From Pseudogymnoascus verrucosus (lineage: Eukaryota): DNA of 64,000 bases. The DNA is taken from the NCBI GenBank assembly GCA_001662655.1, contig KV460274.1; one strand, 5' to 3'. Position numbers and translations under genes: made by a program. Positions 37,516-48,548 of this stretch are shown here, one piece after another (the first letter of the stretch is position 1; each line of letters opens with the position of its first letter). The notes under the pieces are model-generated. The model saw only the letters and a program-made list of their open reading frames with translations, was not told the DNA's origin and searched no databases.

Positions 37516-39003
37516 TTACAGATTCCCATCTAGAGTCAACTGTGTCGTGACCTCCCACTTAACTCCACCCTTCCCGTAACCTCCCCCAAGCCGATTCTTA
37601 ACCAATATTGAGATCCGGTCCCTGATCTTGCTCATCCGGCCTTCATCAACCGTTGCCCTGCTTCCCCTTATTCGTATCTTGAGATTCGCCATGCAAAGCC
37701 CATAATGAACCTGCCAGAACTTCGCCTCCTCAATGGCACACACTTCCGGCTCCGTGCTGATTTCATGCAAACACTCATCCACCCCCTTTCCTGAGTATGA
37801 CATCAGAAGCATGAGACCTTGGGCTATGGCAAGCCGAATGCCAAGAAAGAACATCGAGAATGCGATGAGTCCGCAAAGAAGTCGATCTAGCCACAGGTAC
37901 AGCGTCACAGACAGGAGAGGCAGTACGAGCATGACGGTAGAAAATGAGAGGGTCAAAAAGTGGGACGGGTTGGAGAGCACCGACGGCAGCGACGAGATGT
38001 AAGCAAACCGCATAGCGTGTGAGATGCGCGCGTGGTTCTTCAGCCCGATCGCCGATACGAGAGTTGCGACGATTGCTGCAAGGGCAGCTGAGTCAACTGA
38101 CCCTGGGGAGACACGTTCGTGGGTGTGTGGGTGATGAGGGGTGTGCGTGCCAAGCGACTCAAGGAGGTGCTTGAGGTTGTGAGAGATGAGGTCGAAGCCC
38201 ATGAAGAGCAAGAAGACGGACATGGCGAAGCCGGCTAGAACTTCGGCGCGTTCCAGGCCAAACGGGTGGCGTATGGAGCTTCGCTTCCAGGCTTCAAAGT
38301 TGCAGAACACATCGACCCCCACGCAGATGGTTGCACTTATAGCATCGAAGAAAATGAGATGGGAGAGGGCTGTTAGGGCAAGGGATCCAGCGGCACTGTA
38401 TACCACGTATGTTGCAACGAGCGCATGGCAAAGGCACCACACCAGTCGAGTTGTTTGCTCGCGGGACATGCTCTGCCATGCTTCCTTGAATGTGGGTATG
38501 GGTAGAGATGCAGGCAGCGCCAACGGGGCTCTCGGTGCTGGCTCTAAAAATACTTGGTGCTGTGTCGAAACGCTACTATGCTTGTATCTGTGGCCACGCC
38601 GTTGTCCAATATTCTATTCGTGTTAGTTTGTGTCCGCCCATTCAAACCGGTCTCCCAACCAAAGTCAACTCACAGATTTAGCAACCGGTGCCATGGTATA
38701 TGTTTGGGTTTGAAAATTGAAGGGGTTTTTGGCCGGCGCGCCACCACTATCACTGTCCTGGGCATCGTTGCTCGTCGCTGGGCTACCGATACTTCCAGAA
38801 GATGGTATAGGTGTAGCCATTGATCCAAACCGGTGAGGGAATGTATCCGTCATGGGCGAAAGAGAATTCGGATCGAAAGATATCGTCGAACTGACAGGTC
38901 GGGGACCACCATAGATACCAAGGCCAGACCTCTCCTCCTCAGGGTTAGGAGTCGGCGGCGTTGGGGTCCGTGGCGGTTGGGGGATTGGGAGATTCGAAGC
39001 CAT
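37516..39003 (-). CDS. Cation diffusion facilitator zinc transporter, Zrg17-like
   Basis: Intron 38614-38673. Motifs RRGHRYKHSS, LPIPTFKEAW, HLIFFDA, SSIRHPFGLERAEVLAGF, His-rich loop, KFWQVHYG. Confidence 0.85.
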
Positions 39004-39348
39004 TGCTGCTCGTCTTATGCGTGGCAGCAAGGAACGGTGTTTGCGGTTCGAAATATCTGCAGCATTCCGTAGGTAAATGCGATACCTTTGGCGACTTGTG
39101 AAAGGTCAATGTAATAAACAAAGTCGCCAGGTTGCATGCGCAAGGTCACAACCACCGTGGGGTTATCGAACTGCCGAGAAGCGGCGCCCGATCCGCCCTA
39201 GAACACCCTACTGTCCTCTCCGTACAGGGATAGAACAACTAACCACGATCTGGGTCCAACAACTTTAATAACGGCCCATCGCGACAATTGCAACGAACTA
39301 GCAGTTATTGCAAACCGGCCGCGATCGCACAATGATTTCAGAGGATGA

Positions 39349-40467
39349 ATGACTTCGACAACAATCCTCCAGAGCATGGATGATGGTACAAGGGCAAGCG
39401 ATGTGAGCGAGGAGCGCCAAACAGACGCAGCAAAGGGGACATCAAGCGATGATGTCGCGCCGAGTGGACACAAAAGGAGTCCTTCTGGTGGGCTCTCGAA
39501 ACTCTCATTCCTGAGAGCAAGCGCCGAAGACAACCAAATCCAAGCCGACAATGGCCCACCGAGCCCCGAACCTGTCGCGAACGGCCAGCCGACCTCCCCT
39601 AAAAAGCCTGGACGAGCCATGGCCGTCGCCGTCCAGCAGCTGAAGACAAGACGAAGGAAGGGTTCTTTGCGGAAAGCGGCGCTTCTTGGAAGAGGCGCAC
39701 AGCGGGAAAGGAAAGAGCTCGAAATACCTCCGTTAATCACAAGAGCTTCGGCAGACATCGACGATGACAATGCGTCCAGTCCAATCTCGCCTGAAGATTT
39801 GAAGCAAAACAGAGGGTTTAATTTGGGGGCTCTAGACACATCAGGCTACTCCTCGATTGACCACAACACAAGCAATGGGCTGCAAAATCAATACACGCCA
39901 GTGCCTATCCTGGCCCCAGTACCTATTGACCCTACGGTGCCCAATCTGAAAACCAGTCCAACTCTCTCATATACATCTACTACCGATGACGACGATGTGC
40001 TGTCGTTTCCAAAGCACCTTCTCTCGCCGCCTATGAATAACATCCCTCTTTCATCCGGATCTGAAGGCTACTTCCCAGCGGAAGGCCCAGGGGCGCTATT
40101 TCGGCGGCGGTCGACGAAGAAGCCAAATTCTCCGCTCCCTCACGGAGGATCCACAGCAGCAACCCTCACTTCATCTGAAGATGACTGGGATTATGCAGAG
40201 ACGGAGTGGTGGGGTTGGGTTGTCCTCATAGTCACGTGGGTTGTTTTCGTTGTAGGCATGGGGTCCTGCCTCGGTGTTTGGAGCTGGGCTTGGGACGTTG
40301 GGGAGACGCCATATGCGCCTCCAGAGCTTGAAGATGACCCAACGCTACCTATAGTCGGATATTACCCGGCGCTGATCATATTGACGGCGGTTATGGCATG
40401 GGTTTGGGTTGTGGTCGCCTGGGTTGGCATGAAGTACTTCAGGCACGCAAAGATCAGTGGTGACTGA
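39349..40467 (+). CDS. Protein with long disordered N-terminus and C-terminal PIG-Y/Eri1-like two-TM domain
   Basis: C-terminal GWVVLIVTWVVFVVGM...YYPALIILTAVMAWVWVVVAWVGMKYFRHA resembles the PIG-Y family; the rest is Ser/Pro-rich low complexity. Confidence 0.65.
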   Translation: MTSTTILQSMDDGTRASDVSEERQTDAAKGTSSDDVAPSGHKRSPSGGLSKLSFLRASAEDNQIQADNGPPSPEPVANGQPTSPKKPGRAMAVAVQQLKTRRRKGSLRKAALLGRGAQRERKELEIPPLITRASADIDDDNASSPISPEDLKQNRGFNLGALDTSGYSSIDHNTSNGLQNQYTPVPILAPVPIDPTVPNLKTSPTLSYTSTTDDDDVLSFPKHLLSPPMNNIPLSSGSEGYFPAEGPGALFRRRSTKKPNSPLPHGGSTAATLTSSEDDWDYAETEWWGWVVLIVTWVVFVVGMGSCLGVWSWAWDVGETPYAPPELEDDPTLPIVGYYPALIILTAVMAWVWVVVAWVGMKYFRHAKISGD

Positions 40468-41079
40468 TTATAAATGTTCATACGTCCTACTTACTTAATA
40501 TACCCTCTAGACTTTGTTTCTTTGCTTCGTGTATCTTTTCAAGTTCGCTTTGATGGATATCTTGTTGCCTCTCAAGTGACGAACTTTAGCGTTCGGCCCG
40601 GCGAACCTTAATCCAACTGGCGGCAGGCACGCTTCAAGGCACCGCCTACTTCAAACCCTCGCTCCAAATAACGCGGACTGCAGCTAATAATGACACATTT
40701 ACCTCACGAGCTCAAGATGACTCCCAGGGGCATACTTGTACTTGCGGTGCGTAGGGTTCACTTGTGGTGCGATTCCCAGCTTGTGGTGCCATTATTCACT
40801 TAGTGCTAATTTCCAACTTGACTGACTCCTTACGCCGCTATATATAACGGCTCTCCACATTCCAGGGTTTCATTTCTTACTTCATATATTTTTCTCATAT
40901 ATGAAGTACATACTATTGCTGCTCCAAGCCTCCGATATCCGCTATACTTCAATACGATAGCTATCATTTTATCACAGGCGCAACGCCAAACCCGGACCCT
41001 TTTCTTTGGACCATATCTACTCTCGCCAGCCATTTATCGGATTTAATTTCGGTCTCTTTTGGATATAACACCGCTGGGC

Positions 41080-42348
41080 ATGCCTATCATATCGGCAGAC
41101 ATATGCGCTGCCCCAATAGAGAAACCGAGTGGCAGATCATGGATGGGAGACAGGCTTCATCGGTCCAAAAATCTCAAGCAATTCACAATATTTAATAAGC
41201 TTCCCCCGGAGCTTCGATTGAAGATTTGGTGTCATATTATGCCACCGCCGGGTCGGGCAGTGTTCGACCATAGTTTGGGGCCTCGGGTATTGTTGGACCC
41301 TTCGATGGGATATTACTCGCTTTTCCATCCCGAGGAGGATGTTCTGGCGCTGCCCGACAACTTTTTTTGGGGCCGAACACCCGTACTCTTCCAGGTCTGT
41401 CAAGAATCAAGGTATATAGGGAAGATGAGAATCTTTCCTGTTACTGGGTTAAGTTTATTCCATGGCGGAAACATAACATACAACCCCTCGTTCCAAGCGA
41501 GCATCATGCGCCATCCTGGCGGCTTCCGTATAAAAACGATATGGTTCTCACCAAAGGACACAATCGAGTTGCCAATCCGCTCCGAATACGCGCTCCGAGA
41601 TATGCAGATTGCCGCTGCACAGATCACCAAGGCGTGGGGTGAAGAGGAAAACCCATTAATGGTGCGGAAGGTGCAGTTCTCATTTTTGGTCACCGACGCC
41701 AACAAACTCAACTCCAAGGTCATTAAACACCTCACCAAAATTTGCTCGCTGGTACGCGACTTGGGGCGTTCGGCGACTATCTTCATCGGCATGGGAGCCG
41801 GTTTTGCCCACAGGCGAGGTCGATTCCACCTCAACGATGACCAAGAAGAGTGGGTCTACAACGACGACGGGACCTTCTGCAATCCGGACCTCCAGAGAGA
41901 GCTAGAGCATAAGCTGTCAGCGACCCCCGGTGAATGGGCCCTCTCTAAGGACTACGACCCGTCCAACGTTCCCGCTCTGTTCAACGAGCTCAACGGTCTC
42001 GACTCGATCGCTTCGAGCGGTCCCGACCAATCATCTATAGGAACAACGGGAATAGTCCTCCCATGTCTGAGCAGATGTGCAGTGATCAGCCATTATAGTG
42101 CATACAACTACTGCCTCAATTCCGAGATTATCGAGGCGCACCTCGCAGAAGTGAATCCTCGGATAAGATACGTCGACCAAATCAGAGACGGCTTGGTGGA
42201 GGATAGGTATACGGGTGGCTGGGAAAAGGGGGAGGCTTGGCGCCGTGGGCTGTCTTTTAAAAAGACAGGCCTGTACGGGGAGGATAGCCAGGACGGTGTA
42301 TGGAGCGATCTATTTGATGATACCAATCTATGGAACGCTGGCATATGA
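41080..42348 (+). CDS. 2EXR-domain hypothetical protein (accessory, lineage-specific)
   Basis: FTIFNKLPPELRLKIW...TPVLFQVCQESR...IWFSPKDTI matches the fungal 2EXR pattern; intronless ORF; first ATG 41080. Confidence 0.7.
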   Translation: MPIISADICAAPIEKPSGRSWMGDRLHRSKNLKQFTIFNKLPPELRLKIWCHIMPPPGRAVFDHSLGPRVLLDPSMGYYSLFHPEEDVLALPDNFFWGRTPVLFQVCQESRYIGKMRIFPVTGLSLFHGGNITYNPSFQASIMRHPGGFRIKTIWFSPKDTIELPIRSEYALRDMQIAAAQITKAWGEEENPLMVRKVQFSFLVTDANKLNSKVIKHLTKICSLVRDLGRSATIFIGMGAGFAHRRGRFHLNDDQEEWVYNDDGTFCNPDLQRELEHKLSATPGEWALSKDYDPSNVPALFNELNGLDSIASSGPDQSSIGTTGIVLPCLSRCAVISHYSAYNYCLNSEIIEAHLAEVNPRIRYVDQIRDGLVEDRYTGGWEKGEAWRRGLSFKKTGLYGEDSQDGVWSDLFDDTNLWNAGI

Positions 42349-42466
42349 ACCGGTGATGGCACATTTCAAGCGGCATGGTTGTTGGTTCGTCGCTAACTGA
42401 AGACAGGATGCCAAATGGCAGGAGCTTTGTTGCGGTTGGCGAGATTGTTTTCTCTAAATGGCAGAA

Positions 42467-42672
42467 ACTCGACCAACGTTGCTTCCGTTTCGGTTGTTAT
42501 ATATGGTTAATCTACTCTTGGTTTTGTTTGCAGGGACTTGATTAACATTGTTTCCATTTTTGTCGTTATACATTGCAATCTACTCTTGGGTTTATTTGTA
42601 GGGACTCGAATGGCGTTGTTTCCGTTTTGATCGTTATATAGGTTAATCAACTCTTGGATTTGTTTGCAGAAA
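42467..42672. repeat. Three-copy degenerate tandem repeat, 68-69 bp period
   Basis: Units start at 42467, 42536 and 42604. Shared core approximately act(c/t)ga...ttg(c/t)ttcc(g/a)ttt...gttata...aatc(t/a)actcttgg..tt(g/a)tttg(c/t)ag. Confidence 0.85.
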
Positions 42673-42984
42673 GTATTGCTATGAATCCCTAGTATATGCA
42701 AAACCCATAGTGCATCCTTCAATAACATCATGAAAGCTACAGAGTAAATCCATTATCAGAGTTGGGCGTAAATCCGTGTTATAAAACTACCCAGTGGCTA
42801 TGTCAAGGCGGCGCAACGGCACGGACCGTACGTGTGATGTACGAAGATCACATAATATAAACGTGGCTCCCAGTATGCATAGCAGATTCTCCTTATTCCA
42901 TTGAACTACATTTTCTTTCGCAATTGCCCTCAAACCACCAAACGCCATTTCCAATGCACTCGCCATCAACGAGCAAATCCTACA

Positions 42985-44235
42985 CTACTTCTTCCCCGCC
43001 CTCCTGGCCTTCCCCGGCCTCGCCTTCGCCGCCCCAGGTTTGCTCTGTCCCTTCATCTTCCTGCTGCTGAAGCCCGTGAGATCACCCGTGGTGTGGGCAT
43101 CGTTGCTCTTAGCATGCCTCTTCTTGCCGCCAAACCCGTACTTCTCGTCCTTCTTGGTACGCTTGTTGCGCTTCTCGCTGCGGTCGCGGCCTTCGGGCTT
43201 GGTGGAGGCTTCGTCGAGGGCGACATCGAACATATCGGCCTCGTTGGTGCCGGTTGGGCCGTCACCATCTTGACGCTCTGGTTGATAGTTAGTAACCTAT
43301 TCGTAGTTTAAAGTCCATGGGAAGGTAAAGCATACTTCTCTTCAAGTCCTTAATCTTCTCCATCGTCTTGGTCTTCTCCTTCTGTCTCTCCTGCAACTTC
43401 GCATTCTGCACCTGTTTACCGAACTTCTTCAAGTCACGCTGTTTCCTAGCCTCAGCAGATGCCTTCTTGCCCGCAGCCGCCTCCACCAACTTCGCCTTGA
43501 TCTTCGCCATATGCTCATCCGCCTTGACCATCTCGGCAAAGAAATCCGTCGGTCTGGTGAACGGCGCGCCCTCGGCCTTCAACAGCTTCCTGGCCTCCTG
43601 GACGGCAGTAAGCGATTGCTGGTAGAACGCAAGCTCGCGCTGCAGATCATCGGAGACGTCAGGGATGGCCACTGGCTCAGCGGTGGTCAGAGATTGGTGG
43701 TCGGTGAACTGGAGGGTCTTGAGGGGAAGAGCGATGCGGCGGAGCGCGGTGGTCAGGGCGGTGGTGTTGTTAATCGTCAGGCGCTGGTGAGGGATCATGT
43801 CCTCTTTGTCCTCATCGTCGAGGTCTTCGAGGTCGGAGAGGGGAATGTCTTCCTCGTCGGACATTTCGTCGTCGGAGAGACCATTGTTATCTTCGACGCC
43901 GCTGGAGCTAGCAGTATCGCTATCGTCGATACCTGCAAGATCAATCTGTGAGAGGTTAGAATCTATCTTTGCAATTGCATTGAGCTATTTACCTCTGTGC
44001 GGCGGTACTCATCGCCATTCTCCTTCTCGTCAAGCTCCATGAGCTCGCAGATACCCTCCTCGTCCTCCTCCTCATCATCATCTTCAGCTTCCTCGTCGTC
44101 TACTACAGGAGCAACAGGCTGCTTGGCCTTCTTCTCCTTCCGCGCCTTCTTAACCATCTTCTTCTGATGCTCCTGCTTAAAGTCGGTCTGCTTCTCCGCG
44201 ACCAGCGCCATCTTCAGCTTGCTTTTGTTGACCAT
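42985..44235 (-). CDS. EBP2: rRNA-processing protein Ebp2
   Basis: Motifs DDLQRELAFY, RPTDFFAEMVKADEHM, RDLKKFGKQVQ, KYGFGGKKRHAKSND, RPGKARR; introns ~43946-43992 and ~43278-43335. Confidence 0.93.
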
Positions 44236-45654
44236 TTTGATTGACTGTTGGTTGCTCAGTTTTGTTGCTGTTTTCTATACCGGCGCAGTATCTGCGGGAC
44301 CGACTTTCTCTTGTAACTTTTTGGCGATAGCAACTTTTTTGGAGGCTAGTATTCGGATTGGGACTAGTTCACTTGACCGCCTTCACTTTGGGATGTGGCG
44401 CACGTGACGTGGCTCGGATTCTCAAAACGTGTAAATCATCACAGGATGAACGTTGGAATAAGCTTATTTTGTAATCATATATAGTGGTGCCGTTTGTGTT
44501 CTAGGAAATTATATACGCAGTATAAGGTTAGGTCACCAGGCTTGTGTCTCTGGTTGGCGGTGGGGTAGTTTTGGGAATTAGACCCTTATAAAGGCAATAA
44601 ATAGTATTAATATTTGCAACAGTTAAATATTCCCAGTCGTTAGTTATATTCATTACATGTCAACACCACCATATAGTACATTGAATACACGTTTATTAAC
44701 GATGCCGATTTATTACCCCACGGAGCCTTATTTTATTTTACAAGAGTAGTGCATATTTGTCGGGATATAGGAAGTTGGAGGTTGCCACGCTCATTGCTGC
44801 TGTCTCACCATCCTATAAGATTCCTATAAGAAAAAAAACATGAGCTTGTGGAAGAAAGTTTGCCTGTTCCTCCATCAAGAACCAATCGAGACCATAGTTC
44901 GCGCGTATGATCATGTGGCGTCCATGGTAACTTGTACTGACTGTTACATCCAAGCAGTCTCCACCAGCGGCCAACACCCTCAACTACAGCCACCAGCACA
45001 AACCAAACCTGTCCACCAAAACAGTGGCAGCCGCTGAAACAATCACCTCATTACCACGGTCTAATTCAGAGGATGCATCGTATTATTCAATAAGTATACA
45101 TATAATTCGTTTTGAACGGTGCTCACACCCCACCCGCATCCCCCCCAAATCATCCGCCTAAGCCCCCATCTGAAGGAGAGTGCTATGTCCATCCTAAACT
45201 AGTAACAAATAAGAACAACGCCTCGTTCGTACCCTTAATCCTCCATGCTACGCGGTGCAAATTCGAGAGAGAAAAACCCCATTATTGTTCCCACTCCCAA
45301 CCCGGCGCTGGTTGTGACGACCAACCCGGTTCACCACTACCGTAATCCCAAAGGCGTTCGGCACCTTCGGCCAAGCCAGCGCCCCGACGGGGGTTGACGA
45401 GAGGCATCGTAATCGTGTCATGTTGACATAGAGGCAGGCGGACAAAGGAAATTCGTCCGACGAGTGACCAGAGGACTCGTCGGGTTTTGCAGATTGTATT
45501 TCGCACTACAGGCTGGGGTTACCAGCCCGAGAGGTATCATGATGCAGACGCCATGCAATGGAACGCAAATGAGTCGCTATTCGGAATTAAGATTTGTTCA
45601 AAGCCGGGCTCGGCCAGTATGCTTGTTTCGTCGAAGTGTGGTTATTGTCTTTCA

Positions 45655-47559
45655 TCATTGAGACGCCTCGACGCACCAGTGGCGATGGTAAACCCATGCG
45701 CTCTTTTGGCATTCTTTGCTGCAGTACTTTGTACGGCGGCATCGTCGACACTTGGCAAACTGCCGTGTAAACTCTTCCCACTTGCCGCATTGGTAGTATG
45801 CGCATTGTCTGATCCCTCCCCTTGTGTCGTCCTTGCGGCATAAGTTGCGCATAACCACGCCAGCCCAGTATTGCATATCCTGGCTGTGGTGACGCACGGT
45901 AAACTTCTCGACGAGGGGGAATATATTGAAATCGTCAGGCAGGAGGTATTCCTCCTCCTCGTCACTCTCACAACCGTCCTCGGTTTGTGCGTGGCAGGAG
46001 CTGTCATCCTGATCCAGAAGATGAAGCTCCTTGCCGATCTTGAGCTTTGGAACAAGGTGTGACTGTTGGAAATACTTTCGGAGGTTGCAGTACTTAGAAA
46101 CGTATGCGAGGAGCTGTAAAGACATAAGAACATCCTCGTCGCGAGGCATAGCCGCAAGGACTTGTGCGTTTGCTGGAGTGGGGCGATCCAGTAAGTATCT
46201 TGGGATAGTCGTAATCATGATGGCGGGAGAGTTGTTGGCCATATTTGTCTGGGCTGGGGAGAGGCCCATTGGTGGTCCTGTTGGGGTAGTAGCATCGGCG
46301 ATCAGACTTCCGTCAATTGCCGATCGGTGTGTAATGTTGAATGTGCCTGCATCCTGGGCTTCCGATACAGTGGGGGTGGTTAAGCCCAGAGGAGTCTCCA
46401 CAGCCGTGATCATGCTATCGCCCTCATCATCCATGCTGATGTCCTGAATTCCGACCGACGTCTGTATATCTGTGCTTGCGCTAGCGATATCCGGCTCCCC
46501 AGACTCATCGGACACCATACTGTCACCGTTGGGATCTTCCTGTTCACCACCCATCGATGTTTGATGTCGGATAGATGGCCTCCTCCGAGCTCGTGCGGTT
46601 GGGTTGGACGCTGGTGCGGGACGTGCTGTAGGTGATCTTAGTTGTGCGGGAGGAAGTGGTGTAGTTGGAGAGTCGGGCTGTGAAGTCAATCCGCTGTGGT
46701 GGTATGGAACCATAGAAGGAAGCCTTTCGACATCGCGAACAGGTCTGATGTTGAACCCGTCAGTTGCATCCATCGAGGGTATAGCGGTAGCAAGAGGCTG
46801 GATTTGATGGCGGGATGGTGGAACAAAGAGGGGGGTATGTCGGGGGTCTTGGTTTCTGTGATGATGGCGGTGGTGGTGATGGTGGCTGCTAGCGAACGTA
46901 GTTCGCTCGGGAGGAGATGTGAGGGAGAAAGCAGCGTTTGTTGGTGTTGCATCTGTGGCAGCGAAATCTGCCGACGCTGGGGCATTGGCGGATGATGCTG
47001 GGATTTCAATGGATGGAGGAGGAGCTTGGCGTCTAAATGTGCGATTCTCTGCGTCCACGCGGCCAGATCGATTTCCAAACGACGTGCCTTTCTGCGACGA
47101 TCGGCTGCCATGCCTTCCACTCGATCCTTGTTCTTGGATAGACTTCTGTTTCGCTTCTTCCGCCTTCTCCCGGCACCTGTCTACGACCTTGATGTAGTTG
47201 TCGAGAATTGTAGCGATAACTGGGACCATGTCTGCCTCTACCACCCTAGTCCGAACTGGTTCAGAGCCTCGGACGCCGATATTGACAACACACTGGAAAG
47301 CGAGATTCCATTTCCACATATCCATCATGTCCTTGCTTCGGCCTGCCTTGAGCAGGCAGACCAGTCTCTCGACGCCGCCATCGACGGTAAGGATATCTCT
47401 GATGCGTGCTGATGAAGTCGTGAGGTATGCGAGGTGGTTCAGGGAATTGATGAGAGGTAAGGTTGAAGTGCAGTCGAGGGCACGGCGATCATATAGGGCA
47501 GTCGTGATGCCAACTGAGGCCTTGTTGACATTCGGGATGCTGAAGTTGACTTCCCTCAT
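45655..47559 (-). CDS. samB: MYND-type zinc finger protein SamB/Mub1
   Basis: N-terminal MREVNFSIPNVNKASVGITTALYDRRALDCT; C-terminal MYND CAYYQC...CRRCRRTKYCSKECQKSAW..HRHWC. Confidence 0.92.
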   Translation of the reverse strand: MREVNFSIPNVNKASVGITTALYDRRALDCTSTLPLINSLNHLAYLTTSSARIRDILTVDGGVERLVCLLKAGRSKDMMDMWKWNLAFQCVVNIGVRGSEPVRTRVVEADMVPVIATILDNYIKVVDRCREKAEEAKQKSIQEQGSSGRHGSRSSQKGTSFGNRSGRVDAENRTFRRQAPPPSIEIPASSANAPASADFAATDATPTNAAFSLTSPPERTTFASSHHHHHRHHHRNQDPRHTPLFVPPSRHQIQPLATAIPSMDATDGFNIRPVRDVERLPSMVPYHHSGLTSQPDSPTTPLPPAQLRSPTARPAPASNPTARARRRPSIRHQTSMGGEQEDPNGDSMVSDESGEPDIASASTDIQTSVGIQDISMDDEGDSMITAVETPLGLTTPTVSEAQDAGTFNITHRSAIDGSLIADATTPTGPPMGLSPAQTNMANNSPAIMITTIPRYLLDRPTPANAQVLAAMPRDEDVLMSLQLLAYVSKYCNLRKYFQQSHLVPKLKIGKELHLLDQDDSSCHAQTEDGCESDEEEEYLLPDDFNIFPLVEKFTVRHHSQDMQYWAGVVMRNLCRKDDTRGGIRQCAYYQCGKWEEFTRQFAKCRRCRRTKYCSKECQKSAWVYHRHWCVEASQ

Positions 47560-48512
47560 CGTGCAGACTGTTCGCTAGATCGCGACGGCTGAGAATTGGG
47601 AGTCTTTTCGCTCAATCGGTGCGTTTGGGGAGATCGTGGGCTGTTGTGGTTGTTGGCATATAAGCAAGCGGGATCTGCTTGCTCAGGTGTCGATAAGTAT
47701 GTATGGGATGACTACGTCAAGTTTGATGCCGAGTTTGATGTCGAGGTGTGTGATGTCCGTTGGATTTGTGTTTGGGGGGGGGGGAGCGTTCCAGAGAAGA
47801 GACAGCCGGGAACTTCGAGGGCTGGCAGACGCTAGAACATGTGAATTCGAGGAGATTTGCTGGAAGAGACGTATAGAACAACGCTGACAGAGAGAACCGA
47901 ATATACTGAATACTGATTTTTGATGAAGTGGAGGATCAGGAGTCAGACAACGACGTCGACGTCGAAGACTGGAGGCGAAGTGGCTGGCGAACCAGATGGG
48001 AATTCCTGAAACGGCTCTAGCAGCAAAGGCGGCCCGTGTCTGTCTGTCTCTCTCTCTTTCTCTCTTTCTCAGCCTTCGGGATCGAGTAAACCGAGTAAAA
48101 TAATGGCAACGACCACGATTAATAACGGAATAATTAAAGATGAATTGAGTTGAAGAAGAGTAATAATAATAATAATTATTGAAGAAGCGGTAAGCTAAAA
48201 GATATTGACATTTTCTTTTGGAGAGAGAGGTTTTGTTGGGTTGGGGCGGTTGTGGCAAAAATACCAAGGAGAAGGCGGCGAAGAGTGTGGTGGTGTCTGT
48301 GTGTTGGTGGTGGATGAAAGCGGCAGTACGGAGCGGAAATGGCCGTGCTTTTTGGACGACTACTACATTTATTGTTGCTGAATTGAGTCGAGTGGAGTTA
48401 TTAATGAAAGTGAAAAGAGAAGGATAATTTAATTATTGTTTATGGTTTTTTATTGAAGATACACTGCTTTGGGGGAGAAGGGAGTAGTGTGGTGAATAGG
48501 GGGTACAGCGAA

Positions 48513-48548
48513 GGGAGGAGGGAGGGAGGGAGGGAGGGAGGGAGGGAG
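48513..48548 (+). repeat. (GGGA)n microsatellite with G-quadruplex potential
   Basis: gggaggagggagggagggagggagggagggagggag read directly. Confidence 0.8.

Noticed and set aside
39043..39060. tRNA T-loop-like GGTTCGAA
   Set aside because: No T-stem pairing or cloverleaf around it.
42467..42672. CRISPR-like array
   Set aside because: Whole units are homologous with no unique spacers; eukaryotic context; no cas genes.
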